The notes beneath the pieces are model-generated. The model saw nothing but the letters and a program-made list of their open reading frames with translations, made no database searches and was not told where the DNA came from. The translations under genes and the position numbers were made by a program. Shown piece after piece: positions 38,401-52,352 of a stretch of 54,572 nucleotides of DNA (its first letter is position 1; every line of letters starts with the position of its first letter). The DNA lies in assembly GCA_003614675.1 (NCBI GenBank), contig ML002262.1, positions 1-54,572 on the forward strand, read 5' to 3'. Source of the DNA: Dimargaris cristalligena. Its lineage: Eukaryota.

Positions 38401-40802
38401 TTACATAAATTTTTATTTGATTAATCTTAAATTTACTTATAAAAATAAGTTATAAAATTACTGATTGTCTAAACGAATACTCTTTCAATTTATTATTATT
38501 TCACTTCGTATTTAATAATCTATATAATGATCTATTCGCACCTCCTCAATTGTTTTACAATCTTCTCTGATCTATATATATTTATCATTAGTTTATTTAT
38601 CAATATTGTCTTCCGTCCTTTAACTTTTTATTTTTGTACATGGCTTATATTTGTATAATAGAAAAAATAATATAAAATATAAAAAACTGTTTATTTATGA
38701 TATAAGGTAACAAAGTTACTCTGATATAATTAAAGATGCATATAAAACTATGTTACATTATTTCCTAATCAATATATCTTGTATAATATAATTGAACTAT
38801 ATTGTACTGATGATAATACTTCACTATTTATAAATTAAAACTAAAAAAGGACAGAATAATATTTAAGATTTTACAAAAATTATTAATATTGATGAATTAA
38901 ATTAATCTTTCATGAAAATAAATACAGTTAAAATTGGTAAAAAATTTTGCTATTGCTATTAATACTGATTTATCCTTAAAAATTAATAATATTTCTTATA
39001 ATATAACTAATTTAAAATGTTTTGATCATATAAAGATTTTTCTTATATTTAAATATTTTAACTCTTGATTATGGGACTATTATTAATATTAATGGTCAAA
39101 TACATAAATGTATTTTTATAAATATTTTAATATATTTAGCTCGAATATAAATCAATTGTAACTTAAATAAGCGGTAAAGTTTATAAATAATAAAGCTTAT
39201 CTTACTGTTAAAGATTAAAATCAAATAGTAAATATCAAAGCATCAATGAATTAAGGTTTATCTGATATGTAAAAATAAGAATTTACTGAATATACTCTAG
39301 TTGAAAGACCTGTAATAAATTATCATTATATAATTTTAGATCCTTCAATATTTGTAAGCACTGAGATAAACTTTAATGTTTGTATACCATTAACCAATAG
39401 TTAATAAAGTTATCGAGTACAATAAAAATTTAGAGTATCAATTAGGATCTTAGATTAATGAATAAAATAGTTGAATACTTTCAATATAATAGTTCCATTT
39501 TTAATAAAAACCCTATAATTGGAATAAAACTCTATGATTATCTGGATTGATGTAAAATTCATCAATTAGAAAGATTAAATCCAATCATAGATTGGCAATG
39601 ATAAAAATAAGAATAAAAATATAAAAATATTCGTAGCAAGTTACAAAGTTACTTAGGATATTAAGGGTCAGCATATAGCTTGATTTAATGAAAAATTAAA
39701 ATAACTTCCAGTAATTATATAACTGAGTTGATAAATGTAGAATAGATATAAACACATATACGTAATTTAATTTATTATATAATATACATAATTAAATTCA
39801 TTAAATAAGAAATAAAAATATTTCATCAATATCAGGAAAAAAAAATATAAGTATATAAAAAATTTAAATAAAGAAAAGTCATTATCAAGATATTTTATAT
39901 CTGGTTATTATATAAAAATTCTCTAAGTTAGTTAAACCAGCTGAAGTAGATAATTAACTATTTCTATTAAGATTACACAATAAATATAAATCATAACCAT
40001 AACTGAAATATAGATACAATATCACAATTACCATATTGAAAATATGTTTAAAGGATATTCCAGTAACTTTGTTACTGCTCCTGGTTTATTAAGAGTATTT
40101 TTAGCTCAATAGTTAATTCTAGCAAAAGGTGTTTTATTCAAAAATAATGATTTAATATCATAAAATTGTCATAATTTTCTTTAGCACCCAATTCTGAAAA
40201 GATATTTTTAATATCTGGAAATATATATATGTTATAGCTGTCATATGGAATTAATCTCTAAATAATCGATATCACAACAACTTTGTTGTTTTTAAAGTAT
40301 TGATTAATCACATATAGATGGTATGAAAAATAAAAATAAATAATTTATTCACATTTTGATAAGAGTAAAATAATACGTAATAAAGAAATGAAATAACTGG
40401 TTAAAAATTAGAGGCAAATTTGTAAAAGGGCAATAAAGGGTAAAATAAGAAACTAAATAGGATACTGATAGATCAAATGATGAGATAAATACTAGAGATA
40501 TGGAAATTTAATATTAAAATCATGTAATAATTAGGTAAAGCATAAAATAAAAATAATAGTCTAATAAATTATCTTATACAGGTGATGAAAAAGATAATAA
40601 AACTATTACATTTTTATTATATATGTTATACTGATTATAATAAAGTACCAACTAAAAATACATAATAATATTGGAACAGAAGGCGAAATAGCAATATTTA
40701 GCAATCTAGCCATAGGGAATATAAGTAAAATAAAAAAGGTAAATAATTGTAAGATAAAGAATAAAAGATATAGTAAATAAAAAAATAGCTACAAATAATA
40801 AT

Positions 40803-40878
40803 AGAGAGTTGTATGATGGGAGACTATCACGTACGGTGGCAAGTAGGAACCGTAAGGAACTTAGACTTAGCCAACTAT
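40803..40878 (+). mobile_element. Orphan group II intron 3' end (degenerate domain V/VI)
   Basis: agagagttgtatgatgggagactatcacgtacggtggc...ccaactat. Confidence 0.75.
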
Positions 40879-41399
40879 TTTTTTTACCAATTATGATAAA
40901 AGTTTATTTAATAAACTGTAAAGACTATATACAGTCAGGGATAAATAGGATAACTCTAACGTAGGTATATGTATAAAATAATGGATCGAAATATCTTGAG
41001 AAATCCTAGTTAGCTATCCCTAATTCTTTTGGTTAGAGTTTAACGAAAGTGAACTGATGGTTTAAAAATGGTATAACGATACTTGTTTGTATAGAGATAA
41101 ATACAAATAAATAATACAATAAAATAAGTATCTAAATGAAGCCGTAGATATTGAGATAAAATCTTTGGATAATCATAACAGACAGGGACTAATATTCAAA
41201 CCAGTACGAAATCTAGAAATAGATACATCAAGAACGGAACATCTTATGAGAACCTCAGAAAAAGATATAATATTGAATCATATAAATCATAGATTTGCTT
41301 AATGCCCACCCATCTTCGATGGACATATATCATTATATAAAAATGGAATATTATGTATTTGTAAGTTAATAACATTACTGTTAAATTTTAGCTTAATAT

Positions 41400-42560
41400 A
41401 TCTCAAAGACGCAAGATAAGGAAAAAAGCAAGCAAATCTATGATTTGGGTAATGCTAATGATATTTGAAATATAAAAAGAGTAAGACCAGTATCAGGTAA
41501 TACCGTAGAAAAGCTGAATTTATGATGCCTTTCAAGAAGGTTTAAAAGTTCTACTCATCATCATAATATCAAGAACGAATCTATGATTAAGAGATTAAAA
41601 AATAAAAATATATTATCATGACCCAATGCAAAACTCTTAGGAGTTATACAATAATGGATAAGTAGAATTAGTTAACTTAGCTATACTTTATGGTTATTAC
41701 AGTAATATTGTATTCAAACAACAATGAATATAAATGGAATCACTTGCATTAATTATAGTAGCTATAGAGTAACCTAATATATAGATTTTGGAATCTCAGG
41801 AATTAATAATCTTACAGTAAAAAAATCTAATGTAAGTGGATAAACCAATAATTATATTGAATAAAAATAAAATAACCAAATGAATATATGGGAGATCCTG
41901 TTAAGAGAGTATAAAACTAAAAGGCAAAATTTATAAGATTTGGACCTTTAGGTACCCCAATTATAAATTGTGGCTCCATATTAATCTCATTTTAGAGTCT
42001 TAAATATTAAATATTTGTGATAAAAACAGTTATGATTTTATATCTAATAGAAGTACTAAATAAGAAATAGCTAATTTAAAAATGAACTAAAGATTCTTAA
42101 TGATAAATAAAATGAAATCTGAAATAAAATAAAAAGTTAGCACATCAACATAAGTTATTTTTGATGCTGATATTTAAGGTTTTTTTGATAATATAAATTA
42201 TGAGTAATTATTATCTAACTTATTCGTAAATCCTACAGAATTATTAATTAATAAGAGAATGAAAAGTGGAGTAATTGACAAAAAAGTATTTGAAATATAA
42301 GAGAATGGTATACCATAAGGTGGTATCATATTTCCAACATTAGCTAATTTTACTTTAAATGGTTTAGATTATACTAAAATAAAAACATTAATGTATTTGA
42401 AGATAAAAAAATTATTTTCTGAAATGAACTAGAGTAGCATCTGGCTTACATTATATAAAATATGCATGCAGATAATTTATAGTTTTAGTAATAAATAAAT
42501 ATATTATGACTAGATACATTAAAACTGCAATAGACAAACCCATATTATAATATGGGATCT
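41400..42560 (+). pseudogene. Decayed group II intron reverse transcriptase
   Basis: FDADI*GFFDNINYE (~42160) and GIP*GGIIFPTLANFTLNGLD (~42307). Confidence 0.8.
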
Positions 42561-44849
42561 GAAATTATCTGAAGAGTAATTTAAAGGATAAAAAGAATAA
42601 AAATAAGTAAAAGAAATGAATAATAAAAATAAACTAATAACCAAAAATATCTAACTAAAAATAAAAAGGGATTATATAACCAATCATAGATTGGGTAACG
42701 AAAAAATAATAGTAATTAAAACTTTGTTCAGCTGCGATAAATTATATAATCAATAGTTGTTTTTACTTTTCTAAACTTAACTAACAGTTTCTATTGATAA
42801 AGAGTTTTATTAAGATTTAGTCTTATACTTTTAACCAAATTTGAAGTTTAATTGGGATAAGAATGGATTATTGCTCAAGATATCCAAACACTCTCGTGCT
42901 TGTTAATATTTTTTTATAGGTTAATTAGATCCATAAGACCAAGATTTTTAATCTTGTTTAAAGGCAATTTTATATAAATCCTTATTTTGTCATAATTAAT
43001 TTATTATATAAAACTTGGATTAGTAAAAAGCTGTTTTATTGCATTTTGTATTAATTAAGAAATATGCTCATATATATAGAATTTTAATAATTATTAATAA
43101 AACTATTACAAAATATCTATATAATTTAACCTTAAACTCCTTATATTATTTATTTATAAAAACAAACGACCATATGATATTTAACAATACGTAGTATTGG
43201 AATAAAATATACCATTATTTAATGATTAAATGTATAAAAATCTATTGATTTTGGTTAAATAACGTATTAATAAAATAATTTCGTAACTCTGTAATATTAC
43301 TAATTTAAAACTGTTTAAGAATTTATAAGATGTTATTATGGAATCCTAGCTGATGCTTATCTAATCATATATAAATTGCATATATAAATAAATCCGTATC
43401 TTTATTATTCTTACCAAATATTCTAGTTCCCAATATTTTCAATATTGTTATTAAACACATAAATGTGTTGCCATATCTATATTCAGCCTAAAAACTATTG
43501 TTACTTAAATAATCCGTCCAGTATCAAAGATATTGTTTCTTTCATTTAATAAAATCAAATTGTAAATTATAACATTTATTTCCATAATTTAAGATCATGT
43601 TTTATGGTATAATATCTTACAGGATTCCAAATATTATTTTTATTTTATTATTATTTCATATTTTTAGTATTGTTTATCTGTCCTGTCAGCATTAATAATT
43701 ATTGTACAAACACAATATTTTTAATATTGGGTATTCGATTTATTAAATAGCTCCTACATAAATTAAAGATAGTAACTAGTTAATTGGAATATAAAAAGAA
43801 AAATTATCAAGATCTAAGATCTGGTTTTTATAACATACTTTAAGGGAAAAACACAAATATTATTGTACAAATTGCATAATTTAAATTTAAAATAGATAAG
43901 ATTCAAAATATAATTAATATAAGAAAAACCCATTTAAAATTAAGTTGATGATTAATAATAATAGAGTAAATAGTATATTTACGGTATGGATAAATAAGAA
44001 TAATAAAAACTAAATAAACAGTAGGTAAGGTGTAAACATAAAATAATAATATGCAAAAATATATGATGATGTGATGAAAAGGTAAATAATTCACACATTA
44101 ATGTATTAAATGGTTATAATGCCAGTTATTACGTAATTTCTATAATCATAGTCTACTTTAGAACAACCCTAATAATGCATAATATAAAATTTTATATTAA
44201 TTTTTATGATATCTGGCTGTAAAATCATTAAATGATATAATAATACAGATTACATATTATAAATGGTAAGCTTATAAGTTAAAGAATATGACATAAATAA
44301 ATTCGTATCAGGTAAAACAATAAATTTTTTTATATACCTAAGATATAATTTATATGATGGTAATATAATAAAACCATTTTGAAGATCTATTGATCTTGGT
44401 AAATTAAAAAGAAAAATTTTATATATCTTTATCTGTATTTCAACCCTTTAAATATTTATTAAACTAAATCAAAATATAGAAAATATATATCATTTTTATG
44501 TTATTTACTTTATTATTATTTTATCATTATTGGCCATATTAACCATTAGTTATTCTTTTTTATACTAATTTACCACCTTTTATTCCAATACTACATATTG
44601 TTTTTACCAAAAATCATAGATTTCTTGTGTTTATATACTTTAGTAATATTTATAATGATTATACTTATTAGCACACCTTTGGTGGGGGTATATTTTTTTT
44701 AATAATTGACTAGTTATTATCTTTAATTTATATTGGAATATCTATATAATTTTAGTGCTTATTGCTTAAGTTAAAAATATTATTGTTACTTAGTAAATAA
44801 TAATAACAATATTATTCCTAAAAGTACATTATTTAGTCAATTAATAAAA

Positions 44850-45520
44850 CAATTTTCAAGTGAAAAAATTAATTTAAAAGATTTTTATGAATGATTTGTA
44901 GGATTATTTGATGCTGAATCTTGTTGTTACCTAAAATAACGCAACTAATAGAAATTATCAATTTAAAATTAGTTCAAATCTTCGATTTGTTTATAAACTA
45001 TACAAGATACTTTAGAAATAGTAAAAATTATTTATAATATTAATAAGTATTTTTAATAAATTCCCACTAAATTTAACAAAATATCTTAATTATTTGAAAT
45101 TTTAAGAAGCTTTTGGAATTTATACTTCTTTACTTAATTCTTAATAGAAATTATAATTAATTTTAAAAAGCAATACGAAGTATTGGGAATAAACAGATTT
45201 GTACATATATAAAAATAACTTCCAGTAATTATATAACTGGGTTTATAAATGGAGAAAGTTGTTTTACTAAATAATAAAGCAAAATCTTTTTAAGATGACA
45301 AATTAAACCTATTTTCAGTATATATTTACATAGTAGAGATATAAAAATATTAGAAGTTCTGCAAATAACTTTAGGAGTAGGTAAAATATATAAATTTGGA
45401 AAAGAATAAAAAATAAAGAACATTTAATTTTAGAGGGTTTACAAAAATAGTTAATTTAAAAGCTACAAACAATCTATGATTGGTAAGACATGATTAAAGA
45501 TATAAGAATAAAAGATTTAA
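44850..45520 (+). pseudogene. Decayed free-standing LAGLIDADG endonuclease
   Basis: DFYEWFVGLFDAESC and YITGFINGESCF; stops and frameshifts. Confidence 0.8.
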
Positions 45521-47429
45521 ATTAAATAATAGAATTTACTACCTAGATTTTTATTTTTATTATCTCAATATATTATAAATAAAATATTATTTGTATCTAT
45601 TATTGATTATTTAAATTTAATAAAAATAATTTGATAGGGAACTATGGTTAAGGCTGCACGAATAGAAGTATAAATAGAATTTATATTTAATTATAAATCA
45701 ATAACTTTAATTTTTATAGTCAGGTAAGTTAGCTAGTACTTTGTATTTTAATTATAGAAAATAAAGTAAGAGTGATCTTATTTGTATTAAGGTTTTTAGC
45801 TGCATCTGTTAAAGAAACATATTAATGTGAAATATTTATTTCTATATTAGTAACTTTAACTTTTATTACTTTATTTTTAAGTAAATTGGACAAATTCTTT
45901 CTTACTTTAATTAAAGCCATAATATAACCTAAAGATGAATAAGCTTTTCTTAAAACATTATATTCTTGCTTTAAAGAATCCATATAATACTGTAATTTTT
46001 TAGTTATAACTTTAGTATCACAATATTCTAGGATCACAAATATACGATTTGGTTTATCCATATTTTTTAAGAGCTTTATTTATAACCATATTTTTACGTG
46101 AGGGGTGTGAGATTGATTAAAATAACTTATAAATCTAATTTTTATTCGTATCTAAATGAGTTCAATGATATATACCCGCCTTACCTTCATTATTATAAAT
46201 AACTACCGATATAAATGCTAAATAGTAAAAATCAATATATTTATAATTAACATATTTTTTAAATAACAAAATTACACTCGAAATGTGGTGAAATAAAAAA
46301 TAATTTAAAAAGCTAACCCTCTAGGAGTACAATATTTTTAATATTGGATATAGTTTATGATATTTTTATATATGTACAAATATGTTTATGAAGAAAAACA
46401 TATATTTCAGATATAACAAATATAATATTTATAATATTGGTAATAATTCAGATTGCGTAATATACTCCCCCATCAGAGATGATTATGCCAAATTTACAAT
46501 TTGGGATCTGTATTGAATTTAGAAATATTAAAGAAATATCCGACGTTTAAACACACATAAATGTGGGAATTATTAAAAATATCATGTAGTAACTGTAAAC
46601 ATCGATATATGTTGTTATCATAATGTGACCCCCATCCATTTTATATCTATCTTATGGGCTTATAAAATAGTCAGCTGGATTTGTACCACAGTTAATTTCA
46701 TAAATTTAAACAAAACCCAAATTGTAAATTTGGCTCATTTGGACTAAAACATTAAATAGTAATAGCTTATTATTACTTTTATTAATTAGATTTAGTATGA
46801 AAAACTAGATATAAAATATCTTTTTAAAAGCTATTATTCATCTTATAAATTTAAATGCCAAAATTTAATATTTTTGATCAATAATAAATTATCAAATTTT
46901 TATACATTTGCATAGTATAATTATCGTTATTTAATTGACTGGTTACATATATATAAATGTGGTCTTAAACGGATAATACAGGACAATAAGCATAATCTTT
47001 TATATATGATAATTTTTAGCCAGTAAATACGTCATAATAAAAGATTTAAATTAAATAAGAGGCATAATTCTGAAATTGTGGTTACAAATATAAAAAATTT
47101 TTATACGAGAGTGATTTTATAAATTAAATTGAGACATAATGGACTACAAAAGGTATTAAATATAGTAAGCTTTATATAAACCATTAGTATTGAGTTACTT
47201 AGTAACTTGAACGTAAGCCATTCATTGAATGGGGTAAAAGATCAAAATATTATTTTAAGTTTATTATAGAATAAATATCTTTAAAAAGTTTATTACTTCT
47301 AATATATTTATCCCAATAAAATATTGGATAGGTTAATAAATTATACAGCTTTTTTCATAGAATAGAATTTAACTGCTTTTTTATTATTACCGATATTAAA
47401 AATATTGTATTTGTTATTTTTAATTCCTA

Positions 47430-48010
47430 TTTTATTTTTAGTTTCCTTAGTATATATATGATTTAAAATTTAACTTTTTTAATATATTTATATCCTAAAC
47501 TTAACCTAGCAATTAAACAATTTGGATCTAGATAAAATTGTTCTATCTCAAGCAGTTTAGCTTTTGGGCAATACTCTAAATTCTTCAAGGGAGTATTGCA
47601 AAATATCTTTGACTTTGTTTCTATTAAATTCAGGTTTATTATAATAACTTCCTAATCTTTTTACTTAATGTTTTATCATTCAGATTATTAATTAGATACC
47701 TAATTAATCCTTATTATCTCTTAATATCTCCTCTTTTAATTTATCTGCATTATCATAACTTTTAACTAGAGATACTAGTCTTTAATCTGACCCATGACTT
47801 TAAATAAAATTATTGCTATTATTGTTATTTATTGTGACGTATTGTAAATATTTATTGTAATGTCGACAGCTTAGTGTTTGTTTCATTCCAAACATAGGTC
47901 ATGGTAACTTAAAAATAACCTAACTCACATTTCATAGTCGCAACTAGATACGGCCAAAGACTCATCTTAGTAAGCTGTTTAATATCGTATCTTGCAGTCT
48001 CTTAACCCTA
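47430..48010 (-). pseudogene. Possible remnant of a further group II intron 5' part / RT N-terminus
   Basis: Locally higher GC; PKAKLLEIEQ resembles the RT0 region. Confidence 0.35.
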
Positions 48011-48377
48011 TTATACCTGAATTCTTTATTATTACATTATATAACTTATATTTTACTTGTTAATGTTGTATACCGGATATTTTATTATCCATAAGTTTTG
48101 CTTAACCATTTTTCCTAATAATTTTAATTTCTTTTTATTTCTTATTTAATGAATTTACAAAGTAACTTGCAGTAATAATAATAAATAAACAAAATACTAT
48201 AATTATAATCGTGTATTTAAAATATATATAATATGATTTATTTATTTTTAGGTACTACTAATAATTATAAAGTTACTTTAAAATATGATATAATTTATAT
48301 ATATAATTTAAAATTTTATCCATATCCTTAATTTTACCAAGATAGATAATCCAGTTTATTTATGAACTTAAAATAAA

Positions 48378-48790
48378 ACCATATGCTGGAAACTTTTAAA
48401 GCTTTGGATACAATTAATAATGTGTTCTAACATTAAATAATGTAAAAAAATCTTAAAGATGTAACAATTAATAATCAGTAGGAGTCCAATTAAGACAAAT
48501 TTAATTTGTCATAAATATGTGGTGTAATCTTTAAACTATATTGCAGATTAAACACATAAATGTGTTATGGGTATATTATTAAGTGATATATATATAGCTA
48601 GAATAAGTTCTACATATTTATGGACAGATAACCATAAAACATAAAGAATATTTTTATTATGTATATAGTTTTTTTTTACGAACTAATAAAATATATAGTA
48701 CTATATCTTTTACAACTATGCAATTTCCTTGTTTTAATGTATTTAAAGAAACATTATTTAAAATATAGTTATTCTGGCAACTATATTTTA
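48378..48790 (+). pseudogene. Group I intron core remnant with decayed LAGLIDADG_2-type ORF
   Basis: atgctggaaac...aatcagtagg; GILLSD; FTTMQFPCFNVF. Confidence 0.6.
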
Positions 48791-49748
48791 AATAAAATAC
48801 TAACCATTTGAGAAAATTTCGTAATACACACCACACTAGTTACAACAATGTCAATTTGTTGTTTAATATTAACCCCAATCTACGATTGGTTTTTCAATAT
48901 AAGATATCTATAGATAATTAATACATAAAATAATAATTTACTTACATGTATGCCAATTATATGCTTTATAATCAGTATCAAAGATACTTACTGTACAAAT
49001 ATGCTTAATAATTTATTTATATATTTGGTATGTTATAAATAATTTTATTAAAGCCCCGTCCACCGCTTTAAATTGTGATGAACAACCATTAATTTCCATC
49101 TCCATAAATAATAAAACAAATTTTTTAAATAATATAAATATGAATTAATTAAATCAATTTATTTCCTCTCTCTCTTTAATAAAATTATTAAATTTAAACA
49201 TATTATCCATTAATTTATTTTATTCTTCTTATAATCTATCTTTAGTTTTATTCCAACAAAAATATTGTAGTATAGTATCTTCTTATTAATTTTTTCATGG
49301 TCGATATCTTAGATATCTTTAAACATTTTGAATGATGAATAGTACAATATTTTAATATTGGATAAAATGCAACAAGGATATAATAAATTTTTATAGATCA
49401 AAGATTAAAAATATGATTACATAAATTTAACAAATTTATTGTACACAGTAATTATTAAAATTTATTTTGTTTTTAATTTATGATAAAATTTTACTGTTTT
49501 CTTGATCAGAAATATTATTTATTATATTTTCTTTTTGTCTTAATAATTTCATTTTTATTAAATCTAATTCTAAATTTAATTCTTTTATTACCTCTTTTAC
49601 TAATTGACTGTCTATTGAATTACACTCATTATTTAATTCAGCTAGGTCCGATCTTATATCTTTAAGTTTTTAACTTTAAAATCTAATAGATCTTTTTTTA
49701 TTTAATTTTATACCTTACTTTAAATAATATACTGTCTAAATAATTTTT

Positions 49749-50270
49749 CTATTTATTTCTTACTTTTAATTTATTATTCCAAATCATAGATATTATATAT
49801 TTTATTTTACAAAATATCATTATTAATGTATATATTGAGAATATTAATACTATAGGTATGACAATAAATAATGAATAATTTTTATTTATTTCTATTGATG
49901 ATATTAACAATATAAAATGTATTCCTCCTAATACTCTAAATATTCTTATATACACATTATTGTTAAAAGCCTCTAATTTTGGTGGTAAAATTGGTACACT
50001 TAAACCCAATTTAAATCCATATATAAATCTTTTAATTTTTGATGTTTTTCAATAAGGAGGAATTACAAATTTAAATTCTGAATCTTTATTTTCAAAATTT
50101 TCAACTTTACTTTTTAACTCCCCTATTTTATCTAAATTTTTATTTTGTATTAATATACTGGGTAAAAATAAATAATTTATATCTATAGTATCTAAGTTTA
50201 TTACAAAAATTGTGAATAAAAAAAAAATTTCATTATCAGAATGAAGCTCCATTTTAGTTATATTTTTCAT
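49749..50270 (-). CDS. Orphan membrane protein (173 aa, possibly C-terminally truncated)
   Basis: Two track ORFs join through TGA=Trp; GFKLGLSVPILPPKLEAFNNNVYIRIFRVLGG followed by hydrophobic helices. Confidence 0.65.
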
Positions 50271-50309
50271 AACATTTAATATCTTTAATTATATATACAT
50301 TTCCATAAT
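50268..50309 (-). promoter_or_regulatory. Conserved leader/promoter-like motif, copy 3
   Basis: 39/42 identical to 4199-4240; ends at the ATG of ORF 49749-50270. Confidence 0.6.
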
Positions 50310-50423
50310 CAATTAAAATTATAACATTTTACTTATCACACCAATATAAATACATTAATATAGGATTTGGGTAAAGATATTTTAAACACATAAATGTGTT
50401 TTTTACCGCAATAATAAAACCAG

Positions 50424-50495
50424 GGTGAAAAACGGGAATTGAACCCGTATAGACAATGCCACAAATTGTTATTTTACCATTAAATTATATTCACC
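50424..50495 (-). tRNA. trnH: tRNA-His(GUG)
   Basis: acaat-ttgtggc-attgt; encoded G-1. Confidence 0.92.
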
Positions 50496-50502
50496 TTATA
50501 AA

Positions 50503-50584
50503 TACGGATAGTGAGATTTGAACTCACAAGGAATTAACCAACGCAATCTAAATACGTATTGTTTACCAATTTCATCATATCCGT
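50503..50584 (-). tRNA. trnL: tRNA-Leu(UAG)
   Basis: acgta-tttagat-tgcgt; long variable arm. Confidence 0.92.
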
Positions 50585-50606
50585 AAACAAATTAAAATAT
50601 AATAAA

Positions 50607-51065
50607 TTATTTATATTTTAAAGCTCCTTTAGTATATTCATAAAAAAAACCGATTGTTAATAAAATAATAAATATTATCATTATTACTCAACCATATATT
50701 GATAATTCATATAATAATAAAGCAAAAGGAAATAATAATATAATTTCTAGATCAAAGATTAAAAATAAAATTGCTACTAAAAAAAATTGTATTTTAAATT
50801 TTTCTCTTGCATCACCTAATGGATTAATACCGCCTTTATATATATGGACTTTGTTATTATGTTATTAATTTTATATTAAGTCTCTGAAAGTTATTTTGCA
50901 TATAAAAATTTATGCATATAATAAAATAATAGAGCACTTTAACTCATATGGGGATAATTTTTCAAAATCCGGTTTATTAACAGGTAAAAATAAATTAATA
51001 CTTAATAATAATATAATAAATAAGGGAGTAAATATTAAATAGGTTAAAAATGTATTCAGCAACAT
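50607..51065 (-). CDS. nad3: NADH dehydrogenase subunit 3; exons 51065-50942 and 50833-50607 (116 aa)
   Basis: Splicing restores [38 protein letters not shown]...[14 protein letters not shown]. Confidence 0.93.
50834..50941 (-). mobile_element. nad3 mini group I intron (108 nt)
   Basis: IGS gctc vs exon gagt; P3 attttat/ataaaat; P4 tgcata/tatgca; P7 gactt/aagtc; terminal G. Confidence 0.85.
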
Positions 51066-51107
51066 TATAAATGTTCAATGGAATTTGGTTTGATTTATTT
51101 TTCAGAT

Positions 51108-51181
51108 TCGGATTGGCTAGAGTTGAACTAGCAATCTTCCGGGCCCAGACCGGACTCGTTATCCTATTACGCTACAATCCG
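51108..51181 (-). tRNA. trnP: tRNA-Pro(UGG), TIR copy
   Basis: Mirror of 3392-3465. Confidence 0.9.
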
Positions 51182-51205
51182 ACAAAACAGTGGCCATCGA
51201 ACGAA

Positions 51206-51289
51206 CGGATAGACTGGGATTTGAACCCAGATGGTAATAAACCTTCTTATTTCAAGTAAGATACCTTAAACCAATTCAGTCATCTATCC
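51206..51289 (-). tRNA. trnS: tRNA-Ser(UGA), TIR copy
   Basis: Mirror of 3284-3367. Confidence 0.92.
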
Positions 51290-51339
51290 ACCACACCGTA
51301 AGTGGGGTAATTAATTGCGCTAGGATTTGGCGGGCGCCT

Positions 51340-51411
51340 TGGAGATAAAGAGATTTGAACTCTTGCTACAGGTATGCAAAACGTGTGTACTACCAATTAT
51401 ACTATATCCCC
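51340..51411 (-). tRNA. trnA: tRNA-Ala(UGC), TIR copy
   Basis: Mirror of 3162-3233. Confidence 0.92.
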
Positions 51412-51432
51412 ATAGATCCGGTTTTAACCGTT

Positions 51433-51503
51433 TACGAGTAGCTGGATTTGAACCAGCATAATCTACTTGGAAGGAAGAGAGTCTACCATTAACCTATACT
51501 CGC
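51433..51503 (-). tRNA. trnG: tRNA-Gly(UCC), TIR copy
   Basis: Mirror of 3070-3140. Confidence 0.9.
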
Positions 51504-51578
51504 ATTAAAATAAGAAATAAAAATAAATCAATAATATAAGATGATAAAAGAGCAGCACTGTAGATGTTGATCCGTAAT

Positions 51579-51651
51579 TTGGATGTAGCCAAATAGGTAA
51601 GGCAATGGATCTTGGTTTCATCATTTGGGAGTTCGAATCTCTCCATCCAAA
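51579..51651 (+). tRNA. trnQ: tRNA-Gln(UUG), TIR copy
   Basis: Mirror of 2922-2994. Confidence 0.88.
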
Positions 51652-51679
51652 GTAAGATCATTAATAATTGGGGCAAGTA

Positions 51680-51750
51680 AGTTGGATAGTTTAAAGGTAA
51701 AACAGCCGTATCATAAACGGTTAATAAGGTTTCGATTACCTTTCCAACCA
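51680..51750 (+). tRNA. trnM: tRNA-CAU (Met/Ile), TIR copy
   Basis: Mirror of 2823-2893. Confidence 0.85.
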
Positions 51751-51798
51751 ATCATAGATTGTTTGCTTCGATACCTTTCCAACCAATCATAGATTGTT

Positions 51799-51871
51799 TG
51801 CTTCGAAGATGACTTGAACATCTTCCCTAGAGTTTTCAGCCCTATGCTCTGCCAAGTTGAGCTATCGAAGC
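51799..51871 (-). tRNA. trnF: tRNA-Phe(GAA), TIR copy
   Basis: Mirror of 2702-2774. Confidence 0.93.
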
Positions 51872-51874
51872 CAT

Positions 51875-51947
51875 TGAGAATATTGGGACTTGAACCCAAA
51901 TAATACAAATTAAAAGTTTGTTACTCTACCAATTGAGTTATATTCCC
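51875..51947 (-). tRNA. trnK: tRNA-Lys(UUU), TIR copy
   Basis: Mirror of 2626-2698. Confidence 0.93.
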
Positions 51948-51975
51948 ATGGGGCAAGTCGTTTATGACTTGGTTG

Positions 51976-52046
51976 AGGCTAGAAAGAGAATTGAACTCTT
52001 ATATCAAGATTTGCAATCTTGCTCATTACCATTATGTTATCCAGCC
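51976..52046 (-). tRNA. trnC: tRNA-Cys(GCA), TIR copy
   Basis: Mirror of 2527-2597. Confidence 0.93.
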
Positions 52047-52130
52047 AAACGAAACAGGTTTTGTAGCTTAAAGAAAGCCGAGATTTGTCGAGTCTCTAGT
52101 TGCCGTCTCGTAAACGGTCAAAACCGAATT

Positions 52131-52201
52131 TAGGATTAAGTAGAATTGAACCACTATCAACCAATTATCAATTGGCTACTTTACCATTAAGTTATAATCC
52201 T
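52131..52201 (-). tRNA. trnI: tRNA-Ile(GAU), TIR copy
   Basis: Mirror of 2372-2442. Confidence 0.93.
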
Positions 52202-52214
52202 GAATGCACTTTAA

Positions 52215-52286
52215 TAACTCCAACCCGAATTGAACGGGCATTACAAGATTGAAAATCTTGTGTCTTAACCATTTGACCATGGAGTC
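52215..52286 (-). tRNA. trnE: tRNA-Glu(UUC), TIR copy
   Basis: Mirror of 2287-2358. Confidence 0.93.
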
Positions 52287-52352
52287 TGATTTAGCTTAGT
52301 ATAAAAATAGCATTAAAGTTACTAAGTAACTCAATATTGTGGTTATATAATT

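Noticed and set aside
37200-39600. Specific dpoB pseudogene call
   Set aside because: Only faint, non-collinear motif-like words; cannot be supported by eye.
40400-40800. Hydrophobic minus-strand translation as a tatC/nad remnant
   Set aside because: Better explained as the A-rich decayed intron ORF preceding domain V on the plus strand.
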